A program made the position numbers and the translations under genes. Below, piece by piece: positions 34,931 through 64,000 of a stretch of 64,000 bases of DNA (positions are counted from its first letter, which is position 1; each line of letters starts with the position of its first letter). The notes below the pieces were generated by a model. It was given only the letters and a program-made list of their open reading frames with translations. It ran no database searches and was not told the DNA's origin. The DNA comes from Chrysomallon squamiferum. Lineage: Eukaryota; Animalia; Mollusca. The DNA is taken from contig CM022668.1 in the NCBI GenBank assembly GCA_012295275.1, positions 3,224,001 through 3,288,000 of the forward strand, written 5' to 3'.

Positions 34931-35414
34931 TATTTATTTATTTATTTATTTATTTATAATTTATCTGTTCTCCTATAGACGATTATAAAGCATTCTCTTT
35001 CCTGATCTGTTAGAAAAAACACAATATGGAACAAGACCGGTCAAAATGTTCCGTTTAAATAATCTATTCAGTGTAATACACCATTTTCGAGTTTGCGATA
35101 TTTTTACAACATTATCTATTTCTCTGTTTCGCTTTGTTTTCGCATTTTCAATTTGATCTTCATAGCAATTTTTCATCTCTTTCACCTTTTAAACATAGGG
35201 TACATGAACATGGGCAAAATTGCCGAATAAAAGACAGAAAAATGAGAAAAATGGTGATAAAATGTCAGAGATATAAACAATCATATGAAATGATTTGTTC
35301 CTATCACTGAAGCTACACTTTTACATACAAATATTTTATAATTTGACAAGATCCGAAACACATATCATCGAGCTAGGAGAGCGTGCATGAAGGATGCAAC
35401 ATTTTTGTTTCTTC

Positions 35415-35453
<39 letters not shown>

Positions 35454-36293
35454 AGCTGGTCTGTGTGTCTGTCATCCTAAACGCGAAGGTAGGTTATTTC
35501 CACCAATCTGACATGTCATTGTATTTATAATTATAACCATTTGTATGTATGTATGTATGTATGTATGTATGTATGTATGTATGTATGTATGTATGTATGT
35601 ATGTATGCATGCATGTAAGTATGTATGTGTGTATGTTTCCATATATAGATCGGATAAATTTGATCCCGAAATTTCGAGTAATGTATATAAATACAAATAA
35701 ATACATCTGTAATGCCATACGCATGTGATGACGTCATCAATCCAATTGTAGAGTGTAAATATGGTCATATTCTAATATTTTGTAACATTCTTGTTTTATT
35801 GTGAGACTTTGTTATCAGCGTAGAATGTCACACAGAGCAATGAAAGTGCAGAGATATGAATCATTTATATTCCCAGCAATAAAGATAAACTTTTACATAC
35901 ATATTTTTTATAATATGACAAAATACGTAACACGTGTTATCGAGCTATTAGAGTGTGCATGAAGGATATAAGTTTTCTTGTGTTTTTTTTTTTACGTTCC
36001 TTTTACTTATTTAAATCATTATTTTGAATATCAAATTTTTTTTTTATTCTGTTACTATCCGTATCCGTATATTCTACCAGTTTTCGTTCAAAGTAAACAT
36101 GTAATAGGCACAAGGAGAGGTTTACTTCACGCAATATACATAATAAAATAAAATAATAATAATAATATGTATGCATACACCAACGACAGCAACAATAACA
36201 AAATTTAAAATTAAAGAGAATTTTGAAAAAAAAAAAAAAAAAAAAAAACACACGAAACAAACTTATGAATAAATAAATAAATAAACGAATGAA

Positions 36294-36364
<71 letters not shown>

Positions 36365-36637
36365 ACAAACAAATAAATAAGTAAATACATAAATAATAAA
36401 AGCAGAAGTCTTGGACCTAAACTAGTTTAAGTAATGTTTGAGTAGGTCGAGAGAAAAACGTAAGAAATAAAAAATATGTATGTCTCACATAGTGACCATG
36501 GTAGGAATAAATAACTGAATTTGAATCTCTGATCAACGAATGTAATGTTTATTATTAATTAATGTCAGAACTCAACAAAATTACTTTTACGAGGTTTTTA
36601 TTATTAGCTATACAAGAAAAAGAAAGAAACAAAAACG

Positions 36638-36671
<34 letters not shown>

Positions 36672-38009
36672 AATAAATAAATAAATAAACGCGGACTGAA
36701 ATAAAACCCACAAAGAAAACGACAAAAACAAAAATCAATAAATGTAAATTTGTTATTTAGTAATAATATGTCTGTGGAATAACTGTCTGTCATTCTGCAA
36801 CTGATACAGCAGTAACTGAAGAACACAGAATTTACGAGGTATCTCTATGTATGTAAATATATGTATATATATGTGTGTGTGTGTAATATATATGTACATA
36901 TATGTATGTATATGTATAGTGTGTAATACATATGTACATATACTCATACTTCGAAAGTTGTAAAAGACATCTGCGTTGTTGTATGCAGATATAGATATGT
37001 ATTTTTGAAATGGTTTAACCAAATGATAATAATAATAATAATAATAATAAGAATAAGAATAAGAATAAGAATAAGAATAAGAATGATAAGAATAATTAGA
37101 ATAATAATAATAAGAAGAAGAAGAAGCAGAAGAAAGTTTACAATAATTATTTAGTTTTTGTTTACGAAACATTTGAACGTCGTATAATAACGAATGTAAC
37201 GGACTTAAAGCAGTAGTTTCTAAAACGAAACAATAAAAAATGTTAACACAAATCAGTCCGCAATACAAGAACTGATATCAGAAGTCTGGGGAAAAAAACA
37301 AAGAAAAGAAAGGACGATACACTGATGTTTTTAAACTGTTCATTTTTTTATGTTACACAGATTTACTGTAGTCGTGATGTTTTTGTGTATAAACCTGATT
37401 AATTTACTCAAAATATTCCGTGTAATGCAATCAAAATTAAATAAATTTGTCTGTTATTTCAAATACATGCAATGAGGGCACAAGTCCAGTTGTAAAGTGT
37501 AAAAATGGTCACATTCTAAAGTTTTGTATATGTGATATTTTATTGTGATACTTTGTTATCATCTATGACAGGTCACTAGAACAATAAAATATATATTACA
37601 AATATATATTTTATAATTTTTGTTATCGTGCATGAATGATGTAAATTTTCTTGTTGTTTCCTGAAAATATTAATACATCCTATTTGTAATAATAATAATA
37701 AAAAAAAAATAATAATAATAATAATAATTATCATAATTAATCAGTAAATAAATAAACTGAATAAATACTAACAAAAGAAGTAAAAAAGAGAAACAGAGAA
37801 AAAAAAAAAAAAAAAAAAAACTTTTCTGAAAACACAAGAATATCTGAATTGGAACTGATTGCATGAGGTTTCACTTCAAGGACAAAGTGTTTCAGTAAGC
37901 ACAGATGTATACAGATAGGAGATACTATTTCCAGTAATAAACCACAGAGTAGAATATTTTAAAAAGTAGATATGTTTAATGTACTTGCAGTGGAGAGAGA
38001 CAGAGAGAC

Positions 38010-38133
<124 letters not shown>

Positions 38134-38384
38134 ATCGTTGTGTTAGTGTAGTTGTGTGTGTGTTAGTATAAGATGGGTGTTAGTATTTTGTTATTACTAC
38201 AACTAAATGAAACAACAATCTGTCATTCTGTAACTGATACCACAGTATTTTAATTGTATATAACGACCACCTGTTAAATAGTCAACGTTTTGTAAGTTCC
38301 TTTGTGAAGAGCAATATAGAGATTTTACAGGAAGTAGCCTCGAAAGTAAAAAATATGTGCATAATCCGTTTGTTGAGGAAATAT

Positions 38385-38675
38385 CCACTCATGGTGCGGT
38401 GAGTCGTCAGATCGATCTCTCCTAGTGCACCCATTCAGCTATTTCTCGTTCCAGCCAGGCACCACAGTTGAGGTAATAAAGGCCACAGAATATGCTGTCC
38501 TGTCTGCAGGATGGTGGGTATAAAATATCCCTTGCTGCTAATCGTAAAGAGTAGGCTATGTGGCGGTAGCGGGTTTCCTCTCTATCATAATGAGCATTAA
38601 ACACAAGTCTGACGTCATATAACCATAAATACAATGTATTGTGTGTGTCCTTGAATAAAGCATGTTTCTCTTTAT
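38385..38675 (+). mobile_element. tRNA-derived SINE with Meta-like central domain, 5'-truncated and diverged
   Basis: B-box remnant cagatcgatctc; core aaaggccacagaatatgctgtcctgtctgcaggatggtgggtataaaatatcccttgctgctaatcg; tail tctgacgtcatataaccataaatacaatg...aataaa. Recognised from memory of molluscan MetaSINEs. Confidence 0.75.
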
Positions 38676-38743
38676 CTCATTTAGTTATGTCATGTGTTCA
38701 ACCAGTGATTAATAAATGCTACATCAAAGGACCGTGCTATATG

Positions 38744-38777
<34 letters not shown>

Positions 38778-39237
38778 TAGTATCGTATATATACATTAAC
38801 AACATTACTTAACAATATTAATTGCAATGAAGAAGCAGTGACTGTTCTTTGTATGACAACTGTTAGCAGAACGCAGTATTAACAAGACTGTCGTGCGTCT
38901 TCAGCAATAAGCTGTCCCATTCGCAAACATTCTTTAAATAATGAAATTGTATATATAAAAGAATAATAATAATAATATCTCCACATTTCACTCTCTAGGA
39001 TACAGCTGCTCTGTATCAATAACGTATTCATACATGTATAATGAGAAAAAAGGAGTGTTATATCCACTAACAGACAATGAACAGAATAATGGCGCTATAT
39101 CTCAGTAGTAAATGGCATATTTACAACACTTGTGGGCACTATATAGCTATTTATATGTATATGTAAGTACATATATGTATGTTTTTATGTAGATATATAG
39201 ATACATGTCCATTAGGTGTTAGTTTTAGGTAGCTATA

Positions 39238-39245
39238 TATAAAAG
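39238..39245 (+). promoter_or_regulatory. TATA box candidate for FReD gene 2
   Basis: TATAAAAG 65 nt upstream of ATG 39303; the AT-rich background lowers specificity. Confidence 0.5.
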
Positions 39246-39302
39246 ATGATTTCTATAAATTTTTCAGCAAGTGTTGAAACAAATATTTTTCTTCTAGAGG
39301 AA

Positions 39303-42801
<3,499 letters not shown>

Positions 42802-44279
42802 TCATGATTTCAATAAAGTATAGACAGATGCAATATATTTGTTTTGTTTTTCTTATTTATATTAAATGTGAAAGTATGTTTGTCTGTCTGTCTGTCTCTG
42901 TGTCTCTGTGAAAGTTCAAACCATAGCATGCTGAACAACAATATCTGTTATTCCCACAAATTTAATTTCATTCCACTATATTTATGATTATAATCTAACT
43001 ATATGACGAATCGCAGATAAATATGAGTCTTTTGAAACATATATAAACTGTCAGGTAGATATACGGAAAGATACACAAGTTTAAAATACTTTAAAGAGGG
43101 CTAAAACTAATTAAGACTTTTTTCCATATGACTGAGGGAGCTGGATTAAGTTTGGGTTTAGGATCTTTTTGACTGGCCTTTTTCGTCAGACATTATTTTT
43201 CAAAGGATTAATTTACGCTATGTCGACCATCTCCTTTATTTTCAGAAACTATGCGATGTTTTGATTTACATGGCTGAATAATTTGCTCTAAAATAATGAC
43301 TAATAAACGAAAGTAAATTAATCTAAACTAACTAACTAACTAACTAATTAAATACATAAATAAATAAATGTGTCATTACAGTCAGATATAAATACGTCGA
43401 GGCCAGTCGTAAAGGGTTTTATTCTAATGTTTTATACATGTAATTTTACTGTGATACTTTGTTGAACAACAAAAGTTTATAGATATAAATGTTTTACTGC
43501 TAGCAATAAAAGCTAATATACATTATACATTTGAGAAAATCTGTAACACGTGGTATCGAACTAGCAGAGCGTGCTTGAAGAATGTAATTTTTCCTGTTCT
43601 TTCTTTATCTTCGTTACATTTATTTTGACATTCTTTTTTCTTTAAAAAAAAAAAAAAAATGTTTCTAATTAATTAGTGTCCGTTAATTCTACCAGTTTCG
43701 GTGACAAGTAAACACGTGACACGAATTAGGAGAGGTTTATTTCACGACAGATAAGTAAATAAATAAAATTAAAATTATAATAACAATAATAATAAAATAA
43801 AATAAAATAATAAATAAAAATATCGTCTAGTTCTTCAGAATCGTTCTCAAGTCCAAGAAACCGAGAGAATTCCAAAAAGAGTTGCCGCCCTTTAACTCAT
43901 TTAAATTGCACTCATAAAATGGCTTGAATGTGTATTGGCTTTCTTGTTTTTTTTATTTATTTATTTATTTATTTATAATTCACTTGTCATTCTACAGACG
44001 ATTATGCAGATTTTCTTTTCTGACCATTTATCTTTTATAGATGTTTATCAAACAGAAGACAGAATACGAAACAAGACAGGTCTCTACATGTTCCGATTTT
44101 TACTATTTTTTTACATTGAGTTATCGTTTCTACCTGTTTCTCTTTATAACAGATTGTCCGTTACAACAAAAACAAAAATAAACAACAACTACAAACAAAC
44201 AAACAAAAAAAACAACAAAAAACAACAACACATATACATGATCTTATTCTACTTTTAAAAGTGAAATAAATTAGCGTGA

Positions 44280-47900
<3,621 letters not shown>

Positions 47901-48069
47901 AGCTGCACCACAATATTTCAATTCTTTATCTTCAGTTTCTCATCGATTCTTTTAAATTAGTTAGGATTTTAACATGAATTACAGTGGAAATCAATAATAG
48001 TAAACTTTCATATCTTTCATCATCTGTTCGTTGCTTATTATTATTATTATTATTATTATTAGAAATATT

Positions 48070-52830
<4,761 letters not shown>

Positions 52831-52852
52831 GATAGAGAAACACATACAAAGG

Positions 52853-52989
<137 letters not shown>

Positions 52990-53656
52990 AATTATATGTT
53001 AATAAAATCAAATAATAATAATGCAAGCATACATACATACATACGTGCGTACAATAGCAAAAAGCAATAATAATAATTTAAATAAATTCATAAATTAAAA
53101 TTAAACCAATTACAAAAGCAAAATACAAATAATCAATCAATCAGTCGATCAATAAGAAGATCAAATCTTGGAACTAAACTATTGTAAGTAAGGTTTGTCT
53201 CACTCAGTGCAGATTTCTAGAGACCATGGCAGGAGTGTACAGTTGGATTTGGATCTGTGATGAACGAATCTTGGTTAAGTAATATTGACTGTTAATTAAT
53301 GTCAGAATTTAATAAAACCAACTTTACGAGGTTTTCATGACAAGTTATATCAGAAAAACAAAGAACAACAAAAAATAAAAAATTAAAATTAAAAAATTGC
53401 AATGATTAATCAATACATATTTGTTATTTAGTAACAAATTTGGTCACGATTTTCATTTCAGATGAAATCTAGATTGGGTCTTTCTCTGTTTATGTATAAG
53501 AATGCATGTGCATGTTTTTGTTTTATTCATTTGGTGCATGCGTTTATGTCTCTTTCAGAAATGACAATGCTGAATTTTTATTGACTTTTTAACTCTTTTT
53601 TTTTTTTTTTTTTTTTTTCTTCAGGTCCTAGTATTGAGAAATAATAGTAATTCTGT

Positions 53657-53770
<114 letters not shown>

Positions 53771-54067
53771 TTGCGTTAGTGTAGGTACTTGTGTTAATAT
53801 AAAATGGGTGTTCCTATTTTGCTATTACAACAACTAAATGGAATAACTATCTGTCATTCTGTGATTCATACCGCAGTAACTATAGAACACAGATGGCTTT
53901 TACAACTTTCGAACTGTGTGTATATGGAAGTAAATATATTTATATATATATGTACATATACTTCGAAAGTTGCAAAAGTCATCTGTTCTTCTATATGAAT
54001 ATAGATAAATATATATTAGGTGTTAGTTTCCGCAAATATTGAAACAAATATTTTTGTTGTAGACGAA

Positions 54068-57965
<3,898 letters not shown>

Positions 57966-59670
57966 AGTGTTGTCAGCTGCGAGATATTAGTTTTGTTTTT
58001 CTTATTTATATTAAATGTGAGAGTATGTTTTTGTGTCTGCATCTCTCTGTGAGTGTTAAAATCGCAGCCAGCTGAACAACAATATCTGTTATTCCAACCA
58101 ATTTGATGTTCACCTGATTTCACTGTAATCACGATTATAATGTATCACAGGTAAATAATCCTTTCTGGAACGTAGATAAACAGGTGAATAGACAGACTGA
58201 TTGAGATACACATGTTTAAAATACTGATAGAGATACACAAGTCTAAAATGCTTGAAAGAGTGCAAACACTAACTGGGACGCCATTACCTTTAGGCTCAGG
58301 GACTTTTCCTGACGATTTTTTGATGAGACATTTTTTCAACCGATTTCGTTTTATCCACATCGACAAGCTCCTTCATTTCGAGAAAATATGCGACGTTTTC
58401 GCATACATCGCGGGTTAATTACCTTAAAAATAAGACTAATAAAATAAAATAAAATAATATAAAATAAAATAAAATAAAATAATATAATATAATATAAAAT
58501 AAAATAAAATAATATAACATAAAATACATGAATATATGAATCAATAAATAATGATCTCGTTGCATATGTATGCTGTGAGATCATGAACTCAACTGCAGTG
58601 AGTTAGAAAGGTAACATTCGAATGTTTTGTGTTATTTTATTTTGATATTTAGTTACCAGCTATGGCAGGGCACGTAGAACAAAGTGTGCATGAAGGATGC
58701 CATTTTTCTTTTACTCTCTTTACGTTCGTTACATTTATTTAAATCATTCCTTTATTTTTAATAAGAAAAATGTTTTTATTTTATTAGTGTCTGTAAATTC
58801 TAACAGTTTTGGTGGAAAGCAAACGTGTAACAGGAATTAGGAAAGGTTTATTTCGAGCAAAATAAATAAATAAAATAAAATAAATTTAGAATAAAACAAA
58901 TCAAAACAAAATAAAATAAAACAAAATTTTTTTTAAAATAGAAAATAACGTCTGGTTCTCCAGAATCTTTCTTACATGCTGTCCCTATTTAACTCATTTA
59001 AATTGCGTTCATAAGAGGTCTTCAGGATGTATTGGTAATATAATTTTGAAAACAGTTCTTAATAAAATGATAGTAATACTTTAAGTTTTTCTGATAATAC
59101 ACCTGAAACAAAACAAAATTGACTATTTAATATAATATTACTTATCAGTTGTCGTTCATGAATTGTGTTAATTTAATTTTGTCTTATTTATTTATTTATT
59201 TAGCTGTCTTCCTACAGACGATCATATAGAGTTGTCTTTCTTGACACAATAAGAAACAAGAGAAGTCTTAATGTTCCCTTTAAGTAATCTATTCAGCGTA
59301 ATATCACCATTTTCTTTTCCTTTTACGATGTTTTACATTATCTACTTCTCTGTTTCTTGTCGTATTTGGAGCACTCGCAACTGGAGGTGCCACAGTATTT
59401 GATTTTCAGATTTTTCTTTTTGTTGTTGTTAGCACTTTTACAATTATTTCAATCCTATTAATTGGTAAACTTATTTGACACATATATATGTGTATGTACG
59501 TATGTATGTATATGAATATATACACACACACACACAAACACGCATACACACGTATGTTTCTAAAATGGTTTAACCAAATATCACATGATGCTAGTAGCGT
59601 AAATGTATATTATTGATTCCTACAGAAACATGTGCATATATCCTGATGGTTTTGTTATATATATATATAA

Positions 59671-59713
<43 letters not shown>

Positions 59714-60970
59714 CAACAACAAAAGAAGAAGGAATAAATTAAATAATTGTTTACGAAACCTTTGAACGTCAACGTCCCTAACGGACTTAAAAAAAAAAAA
59801 AAAAAAAAAAAAACGCAAAACAAAAAAATGCGTTTGCATGTGCATGACGTCACTAGTCCAGAAAAAAAAAAGAAAGAAAAAAAGAAAAGAGAAATGACCA
59901 TCCTGAATTTTTATCCACACATTATATTAACTTTAATTTATTTTAGTCATGATTTTTCGTGTATATACCTGATTAATATGCTCAAAAAATTAAATGTGCA
60001 CAAAATTAAATCAGTAAATCTTCTTTCCATACTTAAATACATAAAATAAATGGAAAATAAAGATAATAATTCTGCGAACACACATACGTACATACACAAC
60101 GGTAGTAACCTTTACAAATAACACTAAAAGTTTTTACAATTTTTAAGAAATTTAAATAAAATAAAAGAAAACAAATAAAAATAATGATAATAATGTAAAA
60201 CAAAATAGTTTTTCTAAATAAATAAATAGTTCGAAAATTGTCAACAAGCTGATAAGATTAATATATAAAGGCACATTACTTTCCAATGATTGCAACCTAC
60301 CAATTTTGTACATCATGGCCTTTTAAATGTTTGCAGTTTTTGTTTTCTGATTCCGTTATTAAACGTTGTAGATCTCTAACGATGACCTGTGTTAAAATAA
60401 AATGAGAAAACGACAGATCAATGAGTAAAAGAAAGAAAGAAAAAATAAAACGATAGGAAATAAAAAAATAAAGAAAAAAAAGATAAAAGAAATAAAAAAT
60501 TAATGAAAAGAACATAGTGAAGATTTATACAGAATATGTCAGGACTGTATAATTGGATTTGGATCTGTGATGAATGAATGTTGGTTAAGTAATATTTATT
60601 ATTAATTAATGTTAGAAGTCAATAAAGTCCGTTTGACGACCTTTTCATCATAAGTTATGTAAGAAAAACAGAACCACAAAAAGAAAAAAGAAAAAAAAAA
60701 AGACGATAACAAAGATTAATAAATACAAATTTGCTAGATTGCACGATTTTAATTTGAAATGAATGTGAAATTGGGTATTTCACGTGCTATCTGTCCTATA
60801 CGTATGCGTTGCATGTGCATGTTTTTCCTTTTTGGGTGCGTACGTTTCTCCAGAAATGACCATGTTGAATTCTTATCAATTTTTTATCATTCATATTTTT
60901 TTCTTTTCACGTCCTCAGTATTGATAAATAATAGAAATTATGTTTTTATTTATTTATTTATTTATTTATT

Positions 60971-61056
<86 letters not shown>

Positions 61057-61373
61057 GAGATAGAAACACACATACGTTAGTGTAGATACTTATGTTAATA
61101 TAAAATGGGTGTTCCTATTTTGCTATTACAACAACTAAATGGAATAACTATCTGTCATTCTGTGATTCATACCGCAGTAACTATAGAACACAGATGGCTT
61201 TTACAACTTTCGAAATGTGTGTATATGGAAGTAAATATATGTATATATATGTATATATACTCATACTTCGAAAATTGTAAAATTCAGCTGTGTTCTTCTC
61301 TCTGAAACAGATAAATATATATTAGGTGTTAGTTTCCGCAAATATTGAAACAAAGGTTTTTGTTGTAGTCGAA

Positions 61374-61781
61374 ATGCTATTTTACGTTCTCCTTAAACAC
61401 ACTGTGTGTTTGCATATAAAACTGCCACACATATTTATAAACACACACACGTATATAAACACACACACGTAACTGCACACATATATATATATAAACACAC
61501 ACGTATATAAACACACACACGTATATATAAACACACACACGTATATATAAACACACACACACGTATATATAAACACACACACACACACGTATATATAAAC
61601 ACACACACGTATATATAAACACACACACGTGTCTGTGTGGCTGTATAACACATTTACAGCCAAACACAAACTCTCTCGCTTCCTCTTTGTCTTTCTCTCA
61701 TGCACATCTACAAATACACACATACATACATGCATACGTACATTCAAACTTCGTACATACAACTCCATATAACATATTCCT

Positions 61782-61854
<73 letters not shown>

Positions 61855-63590
61855 TATATATATAGAGTGCTCCAACTTACGAGTATTCCGAGTTACGAAC
61901 AGTCGCCCAGACCATTTTTTGCTTTGAGTTGCGAACCAAAATCCGAGTTACGAGCCAGATTAAGATATGTCACCGTTAGTTCACGCATCCCGCGTCTCAC
62001 TTGTGTGCTTCACGTGGTTACCTCGCCGTCGAAGCATCTGTTGCGTTGTGCTCGTGTGCCCAGATTTCTGTGGATCCTAAGAAAGTGAATGCGAAGGATT
62101 GTGCTGAGAAAAAGAAGCGATGATGTTCATTGAATTAAAACATGAAATCATATAAACATATGAGCGAGGCTTCAGTGCAGTCAACATGGCTAGGCAGTAC
62201 GAGCGTAGTATTTTTGCGATATGTAGCATTCTGAAGTAGAAGGAGTCGTTAAAGTCTATAAATCCGGCCAAAGGCGTTAGAATAATTTGTAAGCTGCGAA
62301 CCTGTGTCCGTGAAAAGATGGTGAAACCCTAACCCTGTACACTTTATAAAAACAATTTATTTCTTTACATTCTCTTTTATTTTGCTTTTATGCAATACTT
62401 GTCATATATACATACATTTTTCTTATTTAAAAATTGGGGTGTTTTTGGGGGGACTGGAACGGATTCATGCTATTTCAGTGAATTGCAATTGGGAAAATTG
62501 ATTTTGATATACGAGCTCGGTCACGCAGCGAATTCAACTCGGAAGTCAAGGTACCACTGTATATAAACATACATACACATACATCCATACATCAATATGT
62601 ACTTACATTCATACAAACATACATGTATATATACACACACACGTATACAAACATATATATACACACACACATATACAAACATATATATACACATTTTACA
62701 CGCCTACACACAGACACATGCACTCAGAGACAGCTGTTTACATATGTAATAGGTTTTTACATGTTGACTTTTATCTGTAGTTGTTAGGCGACCAGCGGAC
62801 TGTGAAGAGATAAGAAAACGAGGAAAAACTTGAACGGGATCTACCGAATCTATCCTAGTGATCACAAAGGACATATTGACGTTTTCTGTGAACTAGGAGA
62901 CCGTGCGGACAATACTTGGTTGGTAGGTGTCATTTTCAACGTAATACTTATATCATAGTTCTTATTGCTTTCGTTATTCTTCTTAGTATTATTATGATTT
63001 ATGTCTGTTGTCTGTCTCTCTCTCTCTCTAGGCCCATCCATTTATTCATCCATGAATTCAATTGTCTGTCTGTCCCTTCTATCTGCCTGTCTCTGTCTAT
63101 GCCACTACGTGTCTCTCTCGCTGTCCGCATGTCTGTGTGTCTGTGCATTTTCTATCTTTGTCTGTCTGTCTTTCTGATAGTTTGACTATCTGATAGTGTC
63201 TGTCTATGTGTCTGTCTCTGTCTGCTATTTCTCTACATGTGTTTCTCTGTAAGGTTTCCTCTCTGTCTTTCAGTATGGTTCTCTTATTCTATCTCGTTTC
63301 TTATAAAGACATATACGTGAACATACTTACACGCATATAATATGTGTATGTGTGTATGTGTGTATGCATACGTGCATGTAGGTAAATATACAGGTGTGTT
63401 CATATACCCACACCAAAGGCAACCGCCCAGAAAAAACCAGTAGGATACACACATATACACACGTACACTAATACTAAAACAATGTGATTGCAGGTATTTC
63501 AGCGTCGTACTGATGGTAGTGAAAATTTCTACAGAACATGGCAGGACTATGTGGTGGGATTTGGAGCTCTGATGAACGAATTTTGGTTAG
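61374..63590 (+). pseudogene. FReD pseudogene (gene 4), continues beyond the window
   Basis: Signal exon from ATG 61374 has a deletion and no GT donor; exon 62781-62922 has a 1-nt deletion giving ACT TGA; exon 63494-63590 ([33 protein letters not shown]) is intact. Confidence 0.85.
61863..62559 (+). mobile_element. Non-autonomous Tigger/pogo element in intron 1 of pseudogene 4
   Basis: Right TIR aagtcaaggtaccactg-TA; HTH remnant; same position as the 54669 copy. Confidence 0.82.
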
Positions 63591-64000
63591 GTAGTATTTA
63601 TTATTAATTAATGTGGTTATATTTGTATCTTGAAGGTCAATTATGCCAATAGAAAACTGCTTGACGTGTTTTTTGTTTAATTTTTTGTTTGTTTGTTTTA
63701 TTAATTCATTTTTTTTGGTTTCTTCTTTGTTGTTGTTTTGTTTTGGTTTACGATATTTTATTTCAAATGCAATATATCTATGAAGTACATCTGTGTGTAT
63801 GTGTGTGTATGTATTTTTTAATGAGTGCCCGTTTGGGGTTTTAGCACAAATATCTCTCATGAATGTTCATTCATCCTATCCGTTAATATGTTGTTGTTGT
63901 TGTAGTAGTTTTTGTTGTGCTGCTGTTGTTTTTTCTTTCCTATTAGGAGAGTAAACTAAAATATTATCTACTATTTCAATTTTTCTGAATTTATCTCTGT

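Larger units (their letters stand above)
60510..64000 (+). repeat. Direct duplicate of the gene-3 unit (about 53200-56820)
   Basis: 61105-61230 is nearly identical to 53804-53930; same intronic Tigger, same exon and intron order. Confidence 0.85.

Overview
AT-rich, microsatellite-laden eukaryotic genomic DNA, almost certainly a mollusc and probably a gastropod (inferred from the 5S rRNA sequence, a Meta-type SINE and an EGF-EGF-ZP shell-matrix-type gene). Nearly all ORFs in the supplied track are microsatellite translations; the real genes are spliced and were reconstructed by eye. The window is mostly a birth-and-death cluster of secreted fibrinogen-related-domain (FReD; ficolin/tachylectin-5-like) genes. 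There are three apparently intact genes (26446-30041, 39303-42801, 54068-57965), at least four pseudogenes and many loose exon fragments, built from segmental duplications in both orientations. It also contains a minus-strand EGF-EGF-ZP gene that stops partway through the ZP module and runs into an SRCR half-exon (12498-16335), a single 5S rRNA gene in a broken 5S repeat, four non-autonomous Tigger/pogo elements (two head-to-head), a TA-flanked MITE family, a SINE and several minisatellites. A 200-N scaffold gap is preceded by what looks like an untrimmed Nanopore adapter. The most interesting observation is an intronic element in FReD gene 1 (27471-27700) that is the reverse complement of the exon-5 splice-acceptor region plus the (GA)n tract after exon 5. 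It could form a long-range RNA duplex around an in-frame-skippable exon pair. All gene models are manual and untested by expression data.
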